Shown: positions 36,118-48,931 of the stretch, piece by piece
Position numbering within the stretch: the stretch's first letter is position 1
How the letters are laid out: the number at the start of each line of letters is the position of its first letter
Notes under the pieces: model-generated
Seen by the model: only the letters and a program-made list of their open reading frames with translations
Databases searched by the model: none
Told to the model about the DNA's origin: nothing
Position numbers and translations under genes: made by a program
NCBI RefSeq assembly: GCF_001194135.2
Contig: NC_068993.1
Coordinates: 16,737,891 to 16,801,890, forward strand
DNA length: 64,000 nt
Direction of reading: 5' to 3'
From: Octopus bimaculoides
Lineage: Eukaryota

Positions 36118-36347
36118 ATGTATTTGTTTGAATATTTTTTTATTATACCTAAGGCACCTACTATGATAGGAATTGTTTCTGTTTTTAGATTCCACATTCG
36201 AGTTATCTCTATTTCCAGGTCTTTGTATTTTGAAAGTTTTTCCATTTCTTTTAGAGAAACGTTGTCATCTGCTGGTATTGAAACATCAATTAGAAGGCAT
36301 TTTTTTCCTTCATGATCTTTGACAACTATATCTGGTCTATTTGCCTT
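36118..36347 (-). mobile_element. 5'-truncated non-LTR retrotransposon with restriction-like endonuclease (R4/Dong- or NeSL-type)
   Basis: Uninterrupted ANRPDIVVKDHEGKKCLLIDVSIPADDNVSLKEMEKLSKYKDLEIEITRMWNLKTETIPIIVGALG, the PD-(D/E)xK-like RLE signature; continues into the gap. Confidence 0.85.
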
Positions 36348-36361
36348 AATTATTATTATCA

Positions 36362-36595
36362 TTATTAATTGGTAATCTGGCAAAATCGTTAGGACACCAG
36401 GCAAAATGCTCAGCAGTATTTCGTCTGTCCTTATATTCTAAGTTCAAATTCAGCTGAGGTTGATGTTGGCTTTCATCCTTTCGGGGTCAATAAACTAAGT
36501 ACCAGTGAAACACTGGGGTTGATGTAATCGAATAGATCTCCTTCCTGCCAAATTTCAGGCCTTGTGCCTTTAGTAGAAAGGATTATTATTATTGC
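36362..36595 (+). mobile_element. Family C SINE with (ATT)n tail
   Basis: ctggcaaaatcgttagg...aagttcaaattc...ctttcatcctttcggggtc...gattattattatt. Confidence 0.85.
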
Positions 36596-36961
36596 AGTTT
36601 GTGAACATTAATGTCTTGACTTCTATCAATGACAAATTGCAATATATAACAGCCGTAAACCATGTATGTCTTGCCTTCAAATTACTTTGACATGTATCCT
36701 ATTTCATGTGTGCATAGAAAAAAAAAAACGTTAGAGGAAATGAAAAGACTTTGTTTTAACCTTATCAATTAAGAGTTACAGTTTCTGGAATATACATGTT
36801 CTTTTTCTAGATTTTTAGGTTTTACTTAATGTTTGCTATAGTAACTGGGTAGATTCTTCCTGTAATTACTTGGGAAGTTCAGATGTATGTGAGAGGGGGA
36901 AGGTAAAAGTTCCTGCAAGGAAGGTGAGATTTCTTTCATCTCAGTATCAATATCAATATCT

Positions 36962-37017
<56 letters not shown>

Positions 37018-38016
37018 ATATATATATATATATATATCTTCTGTTTTATGCTTGTTGCTGTTACTGCTCCTTCTCCTACATCATCTCTGTTTGAACAGAC
37101 CTATATAGTGTCATCAGCTGCCATCAAGTCATTATTGTCACCAGCAAATTTAACCACAGCAATCACCGTGGCTACCAATATGGCCGCTACCATTACTGTC
37201 ATTAACACTTCCTCTACCATCATACTATAGCTGGCATCACTTCATCCACCACACTGTATCACCACCATTTCGACTACCTCTTCTCCTTTCGTCATCCACC
37301 ATCTCTCTGTCACTGCCGTTTCCGTCATCACTGTCACCGTCCTCATGACATATGTCACAACTATCACCGTTCTCAATTTAAAGTGATACAGCAACCAAGA
37401 AAAATCCTTTGCAGCTAGAACAGAGAATTGGAGACAAACAGACAGATACAAATGTACACACACACACACACACACACACGTACACACACAGATAGATGTG
37501 TAAAATAGATAGATAAATACTGTAGGATAAAATAAATGGCTCTCTACTCTAGTCCAACAATATGGGTTTTGGTTTAAGTGTCCAGAACTCTGTTCGGCAT
37601 ATGCAAGTTGGCTTTTAAGACTAACAGTAACAAACATGACCAGTGAAAGTAGGTGACAGAGCATTGATAAGTGGTGTGTGTGTGTGTGTGTTATATTTTA
37701 GTATTTATAGAAGGTGAGAGTTGTTTTCTGACAAAAAAAACAGAAGCTTCTTCATTGGACTTTGGACAACAATATTAAAAATTATTACAAATCAGACTTT
37801 AAGAAGTTGTTGCATATTTTCAATGTTCCACTTATAAACTGTATCTGTAAAGTTTGTGTTTGTCAATTTCTTTCTTTGCTTTAAAATCCTAGCTTCTTCA
37901 GACTGTGACTTAAGCATTTAGTAGCATGATGAAGTGCACCAATAATTATTAGTTTGAGTGTAAATGCATAATCAGAGTAAGAGGAGTTGTAGCTTTTGAA
38001 ACAATTCTCTACAGAT

Positions 38017-38182
38017 AGGCGCAGGAGTGGCTGTGTGGTAAGTAGCTTGCTTACCAACCACATGGTTCCAGGTTCATTCCCACTGCGTGGCACCTTGGGC
38101 AAGTGTCTTCTACTATAGCCTCGGGCCGACCAAAGCCTTGTGAGTGGATTTGGTAGATGGAAACTGAAAGAAGCCCGTTGTA

Positions 38183-38233
<51 letters not shown>

Positions 38234-38445
38234 ATATGTTTGTGTGTCTGTGTTTGTCCCCTCAGCATCGCTTGACAACCGATGCTGGTGTGTTTATGTC
38301 CCCACAACTTAGCGGTTCGGCAAAATAGACCGATAGAATAAGTACTAGGCTTCCAAAGAATAAGTCCTGGGGTCGATTTGCTTGACTAAAGGCGGTGCTC
38401 CAGCATGGCCGCAGTCAAATGACTAAAACAAGTAAGTAAAAGAGT
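38017..38445 (+). mobile_element. Family A SINE, best-preserved copy
   Basis: aggcgcaggagtggctgtgtggtaag (A-box-like), ggttcattcc (B-box-like), central microsatellite, full tail; retains CpGs. Confidence 0.9.
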
Positions 38446-38480
38446 ATAGTCTTCTCACTGATTGTGGGAGAGAAATTTTA

Positions 38481-38887
38481 TCTTTTATCTTTTACTTGTT
38501 TCAGTCATTAAACTTTGGCCATGCTGGGGCACCACCTTGAAAAATTTTAGTCAAATGAATCAACTCCAGTACTTATTAATTCTTTTGTAATGCCTGATAA
38601 TTATTCTATCAGTCTCTCTTGCCAGACTGCTAAGTTATGGGGATGTAAACACACCAACACCAGTTGTCAAGTGGTGATAGGGGACAAACACATACACAAA
38701 GATACACACACATATACACACAATGACACACATACGCACACAATGAGCTTCTTTCAGTTTCCGTTTACCAAATCCGCTCACAAGGTCTTGGTTGGCCCAA
38801 AGCTATAGTAGAAGACACATACCCAAGGTGTCACGCAGTGAGACTGAACCTGGAACCATGTGATTGGGAAACACGCTTCTTACCATC
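38481..38887 (-). mobile_element. Family A SINE, inverted and tail-to-tail with the previous copy
   Basis: ttttacttgtttcagtcatt...catgctgg...(CA)n...gagactgaacctggaaccatgtg...cttacc. Confidence 0.85.
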
Positions 38888-39804
38888 TGTTCACAAGTGC
38901 AATACAACAAACCTTGATGGCTGTACATAACTTTTCTGCCCCAAATAAACTGTGTTGTCTGGTCTGTTATGTTTGCACACAAGCTCTGAAGGCTGTGCAG
39001 CCAACCTAAAGAAAGTTTTGATGAAAGTGCAGATAATTTGTGACTTCCCCTCGTATATGATTTTAACAACAACAACCACATATCACAGTGGGGTATGTAT
39101 ACATGCATGTATGAATGAATGAATAAAAGAAGATGCATTATGGTAGATATGAAGTTGGAGCTAACATAACTATTACAAATTTATCTGGCTGAAAACTTTC
39201 ATTCATTATCAACCATTAAGGAAAGTGGAATCACTGTTAGTTATAATGAGTTCAAAAAAACTACATTTTCTGGTTTCTCAGAAGGTCTTTTGATGGTATA
39301 CACAATATGAATTTCACTTATCCAAGTCAGATATTGGCACTGGTTCTGATGTATTATAATATTAATATTACTGCGATATTTCATATCTTTCAAATTATAT
39401 AGTTGTCCAATATGTTTTCATAAGTCAGGAAAAAACAGACATTCTTTATATTAGGTGATATAGAATGGCTGTATTATTTATATATTATTATTTCATAACA
39501 GCTGGTTTATGTTACTGAACAGTTTCGTGTTGAAAATCCTCTAAAACTGGACATGGCGAAAACAGACTTTTCTATTCCGCTATGTCCAGTGATTGTTAAT
39601 TTACCTCTCTACTTCTGGAAGGTTTCCAGCATGAAAATGTCAGGTAACATACATTGACTATGTTTGGAGCTATGAGACTAAAGCATTATGGTAGTGTAGT
39701 AAGCAGCTTGCTTCCCAATCACAAAATAAATTGTAATAAAAATATGTTAGTTAAGTATAACAGATGATAAACAGTATTAATTTATGGAATGATAATTGAC
39801 AGTC

Positions 39805-39985
39805 ACAGGCACAAGAGTGGCTGTGTGGTAAATTGCTTGCTTACCAACCACATGATTCCGGGTTCAGTCACAGTGCATGGCACCTTGGGCAAGTATCTTC
39901 TACTATAACCTCGGGCCGACCAAAGGCTTGTGAGTGGATTCGGTAGATGGAAGCTGAAAGAAGCCATATGTATATGTATATGAAT
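39805..39985 (+). mobile_element. Family A SINE head, followed by a Tc1 element in its TA-rich middle
   Basis: ggcacaagagtggctgtgtggtaa...ccgggttcagtc...tgaaagaagcc. Confidence 0.8.
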
Positions 39986-40004
39986 GTTTGTATGCATATA
40001 TGTA

Positions 40005-40860
40005 CAAGGGTTGGACAAAATAATGGAAACACTTAAGATTTCATATAAATTTATTTTAATATGGGGTAGGACCGTCTTTGGCACTAATTACAGCTTGAAT
40101 TCTATGAGGTATGGACTCATACAAAGTTTGAATTGCTTCCAAAGGAATTTTTGTCCATTCTTCAGCTAAAAGTCTCCAGTTCTTGTAGTGATGATGGTGG
40201 AGGATATTGACACCTTACTTGTTTTTCTAAAATGCACCATAAATGTTCAATAATATTGAGATCTGGGGACTGTAGTGGTCAGATAAGATATTCAACTTCC
40301 CTAGAGTGTTCCTCGTGCCATTCAGTAACAACTTTAGCTGTGTGAATTGGTGCATTATCATCCTGAAAGATTGCGTTTCCCTTTGGAAACAGTTCCACAA
40401 CCATAGGATGAATTTGATCATATAAAATGCTTAAATAGGATGACATGTCTGAGAAAATAACATTCTTCCACTGCTCTAGGGACCAATTCTGTAGGTTTTT
40501 ACTCCACTCTAAACACTTTGCAACATTTTTTTTTTTTTGAAAGTAGCAGCCCTCCCATGAAATCTGGCTTTGTGCCGCTCCTGGCAAACAGATTTTGTGG
40601 AAACTGGGTTCTCAAGGTGGTCATTAAGCTTTGCAGTAATTTTGGGAGCTGTACTTTTGTGATCCTTTCTAACAATTCGCGTTAGAGTCCGACGGTCCCT
40701 ATCTGAAAGTATCGGTTTTCTTCTGGAGTTTTATTTTGATGAGAAGGTTTTTCCCTCTTTCTCAAAGGCTGTCATTACTTTCAAGACAGTACTTCTTGAT
40801 ACACCAAACATTTCAGCTGTTTTCGTTATGCTAACGCCTACCATATCAGCACCCTCAAAA
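40005..40860 (-). mobile_element. Truncated Tc1-like transposon (one TIR, deleted and frameshifted transposase)
   Basis: ta|caagggttggacaaaataatggaaacac terminus; WKNVIFSD, IFQDDNAPIHTAK and QSPDLNIIEHLW motifs. Second TIR not found. Confidence 0.85.
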
Positions 40861-42044
40861 TCACTCTGTGTCCTGCATGGTGAAGGTCAGATTTGAGGTC
40901 CAGCTTTGGACCTTGGTATCCCCCTTGTTTAACAATACAAACAACTCAGACAACTTCCAAATGAATATAATGGTATATTACACTGTACACAATGTGTACA
41001 GGTCTTGCACATGCTACATGTACTCATTCCATATCCCCACACCCTGTAATTACCAGTACTGGGGTGCTTTGTTGAATACATCTGGAGAGACACTGCTCAA
41101 CACACCAGTAATTATGTTTATTTTCTGCTTTCTCTCATCACTACACATTTTAGCTTTTCTATTTCTCTAAACATTCTGGCTTTATTCACAATTAACAATG
41201 GGGGCAATAGTTATGAGTAAAATGGGCTCATGATCCCATAATTAAAGTTTGCCTACTGTAACATGCACTTACCATCTTTGCTTATCAAGCCAAAACAATA
41301 GAAGTGGCACTGCCACTGGAGCAGCTTGGAAACTAACATGCACCATTGGTGCAGATTTTGAATTCACCTTCAGTTAGTCACAGCAATACTAGAAACCAGA
41401 CATTTTTCCGTATGATAATTTTTGAAACTACCAGAATGCCATAATAGGTTAAACATGGAATGTTCCATAAGTGACTGTGATAATTTGCTAAACTACTGGC
41501 TGTGGTGAAGCAAACCACTCGTTATCATAGATGTTTACAGATTTCCAACCAGTAGCCATTATTATATTTCCTGTATCAACAAGTAACAGTATCGTATAGA
41601 TAAAACAAATCTTCAATGAAGCAGAAAATACGTCAACTCGAGCTAACACTTAATCAAACAACAGAACAATTGTCTCTCCATTATAACCATCTGGTGGACA
41701 TTCTTTGTTTTGCTTTGGTAGTACCAAGTGAGTCTAATACTGACAAAGCATATGCACAGTTGTAGTGAGCAGCCAGCTAAAACTGAAAACATCACCAGTT
41801 TGAACATGGACCTCCTCAAGGTAACACATTGCTATTCCCTATCTCTTCAATCAGAATTACAGTAAATATCAGTAACACACAGTGGGGCAAATATTATCAT
41901 TCAGTGAAGTGAACAAACATATTTACAGATTACCATACAGTAATAGTGTACAATGGTACTTTTTACCCCACTTACTGTTACTAATATTCACTTTTTTAAA
42001 TTTTCAGAATATCTATACCCTAATAGAATGGAGTTGCAGAAAAG

Positions 42045-43000
42045 GCATAGTTACACTATTGGCTTCAAATTGCAAGTGATAGCATAAGTCAAGGAACATG
42101 GTAACAAAACAGCTGCTAGGCTTTTTGGACCACCTCCAGTGGAGAAAATGGTACGGATGTGGAGAAAATAGGAGGATGAACTACAACAAGCTGCAAAATG
42201 GAAGCATAACTTGTGGAAACCAAATGCAAAATGGCCCGAACTTGAAAATGAGTTGAAAACCTGGGCTGCAGATAACTGGAACAAAGGTATAGTTGTGTCA
42301 ACTAAAGCCATAATTTTTCAAGCTAAAGTTACAGCAGCAGCAAGTGGTCATTATGATTTCAGTGGCTGTGCAAGCTGGTCTTTTCGTTTCATGAAAAGAA
42401 ACGGATTGGCTATGCATACAAAAACAAGGATAGCACAGAAAATGCCAGAATAATATGAAAACAAGATACTGGAATTTCACTGATTTGTGATACATGCAAG
42501 ACAACGCAGCAACTACAAATTCTGTCATATTGCAAATATGGACAAGGTGCCACTGATATTTGATGCTCCCTTGAACAGGAATTTAGATGCTAAAGGTAGC
42601 AAAACAGTTACTTTTAAAACAACAGGACATGAAAAAACACACGACACCATAGTATTGGCTTGTTGTGCAGATGGCACGAAACTACTACCAATCTAAATAA
42701 TTAAAAGAAAAACATTTCCAAAGGACCATTTTCCATCAGGAGTTGTTATTCACGAAAATGGCATAAAGTTATGGTTAGATAAAGTATTGCCAAAGTGTCC
42801 TGGTGCTTTATGCAAAACACCATCCCTTCTTGTCTGGGACTAATTTCGTGCACACACAACTGAGAGTACAATAAGGAGGGTAAAGAACTTAAACACTGAA
42901 ATAGCTGTCATACCTGGTGGATTGACCTCCCAATTACAACCCCTGGATATTTCAATAGACAAGCCTTTCAAGGTACAAATGAAAGAGGAGTGGGATAATT
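42045..43000 (+). mobile_element. pogo-superfamily (POGK/Tigger-like) transposase pseudogene
   Basis: YTIGFKLQVI...HGNKTAARLFG (BrkDBD-like), WPELENELKTW...FMKRNGL (CENP-B HTH), IANMDKVPLIFD, TTGHEK, LLVWD*FRAH and IPGGLTSQLQPLDISIDKPFK (DDE_1); stops present, TIRs not resolved. Confidence 0.85.
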
Positions 43001-44189
43001 CATCTCATTGAGGTTATGGCCAAAATATGTGTGCCAAACCATTTAAAATACATGGGAAGAGACAACATAAAGGAACTTAACAGTAATAAAAGATAAGGTT
43101 TAGTGAGTAAATGACATGCACTACGGCAAAGTCAGTCTCGGGCCAAGTGCCAAAGGCACGGAGCTTGCTAGGATATTCAGGAATTTTTCAAATGTTTCAT
43201 GAAGCTGATGCAATGAAAAAACAGTGAAACCATAGGAAAACTGGCATAATACCCAGTGCTTCTCCAGGGTGTATAGGCGTGGATGAGCCAGTAACCAGTT
43301 GCAGTACAGTTTTTCTGTTTTGGGCAGCAAATAACAATATAAACTGTTCAGACCACACCACCCCTGTGACCTCCACCATGCCACTTAGCATGTCACTAAC
43401 CCATACTTTGGTTAACTGTCCTAACCCTTATTTTGGCTGTTTGTTCTAAGCCTTACATGGGCTAACTTTTACACTGGCTAATCATTTATGTGGACTTTGC
43501 CCCCCCCCCCCTTGCAACACTCCACATGTGTCTGTTTGTCCTATGGAAAAAAGCTGGAAATTCCTCTTACGTATAATTACATTTTCCTGCATATTCCATG
43601 ATAGTTTTAGTGTGCATCTTATATGCCGCAAAATATGGTATATATCTTTGTTGGTGTTGTTATTTTTATGAGGCAGAAAACCAATTAATTGTCTTTTCTT
43701 TTTTTAGGAGTGAATTATCATCCATGTTTTCATATCATTTTTTTAATTCTAGGATGAGCTACATGAGGTTTGCAAACAGCATATTTCCAACTATCTTAAT
43801 CCTATGCGAAGCCTTCTATGACATAAATTCAATGTTCTAGGATCTGTCCCCACTGGTTCTTTCCTGATTTGCTGTTTTGTCTTGTAGTCTTCACTGAAAA
43901 GTTACTTTTTACCACCCAGCACAAACCATTGACTTTCACTACATTTTTATATACTGCACAAATCACAACTTGAACTTCTTCAAACCTCAGATGGCCAGCT
44001 TTTCAATGCAGTAGTCAAGGTCTCATGTGTGTCCATGGCAAAACATTCCACTACTTCCACAGTTTCTTTACATTGAAGTTATGGAGGAGCATTCAAGAAT
44101 CTTCAGCCACTGTGCAACTGCATCCTCCATTGTTGTAGTGCATAAGAGATAATATCTTGGTTGTCTTCGAAACTGAAGGACAAACAATT

Positions 44190-44440
44190 TGTTGCCGTTG
44201 CCAGTACCGCCTGAGCGTGGCCGTTGCCAGTACCACCTGACTGGCCTTCGTGCCAGTGGCACGTAAAAGCACCCACTACACTCTCGGAGTGGTTGGCGTT
44301 AGGAAGGGCATCCAGCTGTAGAAACTCTACCAAATCAGATTGGAGCCTGGTGTAGCCATCTGATTTCACCAGTCCTCAGTCAAATCGTCTAACCCATGCT
44401 AGCATGGAAAGCGGACGTTAAACGATGATGATGATGATGA
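44190..44440 (+). mobile_element. Young RTE 3' end fragment (family B) with (GAT)n tail
   Basis: gccagtaccgcctga...gcacgtaaaagcacccactacactctcggagtggttggcgttagg...acgttaaacgatgatg. Confidence 0.9.
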
Positions 44441-45970
44441 ATACAATGAAATAGATATACAATCAGGTGACTGCAAAGGTTGACATCTCAAACTCACAAT
44501 GTCTCTGATATTTCAATATAAAAGCACTTTTAGATGTAACTTTGTCTCTTTCTTCCAACCGTCTTGAAGGACCTGAAAAAAGTTGATGAACACTGCCCTG
44601 TCTTACTGCCACGTTTAATATAATTTACACGAAATTTTTAATTATTAATCTATAAAAGAAAACGTTTGCTGTCATTCATTGTATTCTTTTTACAAGGAAT
44701 CAATGTCTTGAAAAGACAGACCTCCAGAAAATTCTACTGTCTTTCAGTAACAACAAGAATTTTTAGAAAAATACTTTTACATCTGTATATTTTTTTTTAT
44801 GGTAGCATTGGTAGGATATTTTGTTGTGTGTTGGATCAAGTGTTTGTACAGTTGGATGCTTTCCCTACTGATAAACTACTCAATCAAGAAGTAGGAGTGG
44901 AACATATTTGGTTAATCAAGTAAACTAGAACAGTTTTGTGCTTGCCCAGGGACACATCAAAATTGATGTAATAAGAAAGGAAAATTGTTGAAATTAACAT
45001 ACACACCACCACCACCATTATCATCATCATGGGTTTATTTCCAAAGGAATTATCTTAAAACAAAACTCCATCATCCTCAATACCTCACCCTTCCTGCTCA
45101 TTAATGAATTCTGCTTCCTTCTCTACATTGTTGTCTAGACAGTTACCCCTCTTACTATAGCTGAATGTTGTTGCATCATTTAGAAATATTTGTATCGCAC
45201 AAGAAACGTGTGTGTGTGTGTAGGATTAAGATTCCTCTCAAATATCTCTTGTTCTTGTATGCTAGCACCTTACTTGGCAGGCTTTATTTGCAAAGAAGAA
45301 ATTAAGAGCACTTCTCAGATTGGGAAAAGTTACTGCTAATCAACACTAGGTGATAGTTAAGATGGACAGCTGGAAACTCTTGGCATTCAGGCCCCGTCAT
45401 CACCACCAAAATCACCAACATCATTATCATTGTCATCACTGCCACCACCACTACCCTGTATTCTTTTCTTTATTGCTGATGATGTTTTAAATTGGTCAGT
45501 CAAAGAGGTGTTTAAATGCGGACAATGCTGAAGTATTTAAGAGACATTAATGGCACTGAGCATCTAAGTAGGAATGGCGCCAAAATGTTTTAGATATAGA
45601 ATGTGAGGACATGTTTAGAGATATTGTTATTACTGAAGAGATTAGATATTGTGATGTTGTGTTTAGATGTGGGAATTATTGTGGCTGATCCCACTGTAAT
45701 TAAGTATGGATTGTAACAAATTGTTTAGATATGGATGGTTCCTAAGTGATTAAAAATGGATTTGTGATAAATTGTTCAGAGCTGGATGATGTTAGTTAAG
45801 ATGTTTATATTGCAGCACCAATGGAAATGTCTTAAAGCAACAGAACAAATAATAACATAAAAAAAAAAGAAGAATTAACAGATTAAACTTCGTTGTTTTG
45901 TAATGAAAATCGAATCAATAAAATGGTTCAATTATGAAGTAAAGTAGATATTGAATGACTTTCAAAATAC

Positions 45971-46069
45971 TCGAAATAGCTTAAGCTCTTTTGCTCTCCG
46001 GAATATTCCCGGCTCCATTATGATTGTTGAACCCTACTTCTGAACTTTCCTACACTGGAAGCTGCTCTT
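45971..46069 (-). other. Candidate 5' exon containing a start codon (MEPGIFRRAKELKLFR), unverified
   Basis: tgtgttccag acceptor, cataATGG Kozak-like context at 46018, 16 codons, then a cga|gtattt donor; locally CpG-rich. Confidence 0.2.
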
Positions 46070-48892
46070 CTGGAACACAATTTAATCAATAGGGAATTCT
46101 ATCTATTTAGTTAGTGGATGAGCATCTCTCATATATGTGTATCTCTATTTTTCCCCTCTTTTCCCTTTATGTCCATATCTGTATATGTTGTGGCTTTCTC
46201 TCTTTCTTATGTGTATCTCTCTGTCTTTCGTTCTCCACACACACACACACACACACACACACATGCACACACATATCTTGTTTTCTTCTCAAACATATCT
46301 TTATATTCCTTTACTCTTTCTTCATCTTCTCAGTCCATCTTTTTGCTTATTTTCTCTGCCCTTCCCAAGCGTCCCACCTTTCTAATGTGTTTCTTCAATT
46401 AAACTACCTTGTTATTTATCAATATATCTATCTGCCTGCCTCCCCCCCTTCACACACACACACACATTCACAAATACATAATGTACTCTATCTTACCATT
46501 CTATCTGCTTCATCCTTCTCTTAAGAATCTTAAAAACTCATCTGTTTGTTTACTTGTTTGTTTAATTATTTTTGTAAGTATCTCTAAAGTGTGTATATGT
46601 GTGTATGTGTATGTGCAGAGGTGATTAGCATTTGGTTCCAAGTCAAATTAACTTCCAATATCTCTGAATACCATTTACACAGCTGTAAACTTAAAATAAC
46701 AACTGCTGAAAACATTCTTTAATTCATGCTAATAATACAAACTGAAATCAGTTGACAGCAATGTGATATCAAAAGTCTCTTTGTATTTCAGTCTGTTTAG
46801 GGTGATATAAATGATATATTCATTACTTTACTCCTACACACAGACTGTTTGTATCCTATGCTTATCCTATTTACGGATAAGGAGTTAATCAGCTGTATAT
46901 TGAAAGTTGTAACAAAACTATTCTACACTTTAGTAGTGGTGGCTATAGATAAATATTGAAGGTGGTGGCGATAGTAGTAGTAGTGATGGTGGTAGTGGTG
47001 GTGGTGTTTTTGGTGGTGGTGGTGGTGGTTGGGGTACTTGTTTTTTGTTGTAGTTGTTGCATAACTCCTGTGGTAAGTCTTGACTTAACAGAACTATGGT
47101 ATAGCTGTTTCATTTAGTGGCAACCAGGTGGACCTGGGTTCAATTCCACTGCCAGTACCTTGGACAAAGGTGTTCTACTATAGCCTCAGGTTGACCAAAA
47201 TCTTGTGAGTAGAATTTGTAGACTGAAACTGTGCAGAAGCCTGTCATATTCTGTGTTTGTTTTGTAGCTGAGTAGAATCATTTCAAACACACATCAACTA
47301 TTATATTTGATTTATGTCATACATCTATGGCCAGTCCATTGTATTTCAGATGCTGTGGAACAGAGTATCAGTGACTGAATTATAGATGAAAAACAAAAGG
47401 ATTTCAAACTGAATAATGTATGATAGTATTTACAAATTGAAACAAAAATGAATATAATGTTATACAGTGTTTTAAAATGGATATCATGATGCAGTTATTT
47501 CTACTTCAAATGCTTGTTCTCAGATCAAATTCCTTGCCAAACAAGTAACTGTGCGCTTGTAATATTGGGTTGTGGTGGATTTGATGTTTGCTATTCCCAC
47601 CACTCATTCATCTGGCTCTCAACAACAAAGACTTTCTGTTATTATGGCTCAAAATATTTCTCTTCTTCCCTCTTCTGAGTTTATCTGTTACAGCAATATT
47701 TTCCCTCACTCCCATACCCCACTAATCTACCACGCCAAAAATATATTCTGCCATTCAAACGCCCCTGATATTTTAAGAAGAACCTTTAATTAGTTGCAAT
47801 TCCACCTGTTCTGTGATGATTACTTTTAACCCATCCTTGAGAGTTAACAAGTGACTGAAACCGTTCTTCATTGGTGCTTGTACCTCCATGCCTCATAGAT
47901 ATGTAATGACCTTGAGCATCATAAGACAAAATCATTGTCTTTATTGTTGTGGTTGTTACATTATGATGTGCTAAATCTCTAAAGACTAATATTGTAAACC
48001 AGTTTTGAATCTCAGTTTAGGAACACTCTATTTATGTCAATAATGTTATTTGGAAAAGCTTTTCATTTCTTATCTCGTACAAATTTGAAGCTTCAAGTCT
48101 GTTAAAAAGGAATTATTTATTGCTTTAGAAAAAAGAAATGTTACTATGTTGTTGCTTTGCAGTGGAAACTTATTGGGTTTTGTATAAAGACAGCTCTTCT
48201 TCCCATGAGATAATGTCATTATTGCCAATTCTAAGGAATCCTCTACATAGTCATTCTATCTACTAGAGATAGCAGTTAGATTTCCTTCAAATCATAATCT
48301 GCTGTCTTAAGAAATGACAGACACATTTATTAACCTTGTCTGAATAAAAAGACAATTTGATCATGCTTGCAATGTCTCTGATCACAGGTCTGCTTGATAA
48401 GGATTGACCTGGGGCTAAACTACAACAGCGGCTAGAGCAAGAAAATTATGTAACACCATAAAGTATATTAATTTGATTCTATATAAAAATAGATATTTAG
48501 TCTTTCCTTATATTAATTTTGGTGGTTTGTCAACCAAAAGACTATGATTGTTTTATCTAGTGGGATCACTGACCCAGCAAAGCTGAATTCAGCCTTAGTG
48601 CTGTTAGAAAGTATGCATGCTCCCTCACTTATATTGCTTTTATATCATTAGATACCTGAAGTGGATCGTCAGTAAGGTAAACATGATAATCAGTATTCCC
48701 AAATAATTTAGACTAAGAAAGTAGGTATGGTTCTAACTGGATCAAGATATTGTACATCACCCAATTAGATTGAGTCACTGTCATTTATTCACCAAATTTG
48801 GCTTTAACTTTGAATTATAAACCCCACTTTGTTTGACAACTGTATTTCACACATAGCTTATTAATGCATGCCACGCATACATGCATGCACAT

Positions 48893-48931
<39 letters not shown>

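Noticed and set aside
35049-36404. Long ORFs (344-451 aa) in the ORF track
   Set aside because: They span a 976-N gap; only the RLE fragment at 36118-36347 is meaningful.
37865-37905. Minus-strand CUGAAGA-agct...agc-aaag motif, and a similar one near 49260-49295
   Set aside because: Too degenerate (no GAAAC, stem III or cleavage triplet) to distinguish from chance.
38017-38090. tRNA genes at SINE heads
   Set aside because: A/B-box-like motifs are present, but I could not fold a cloverleaf or find an anticodon arm; these are tRNA-derived SINE heads.
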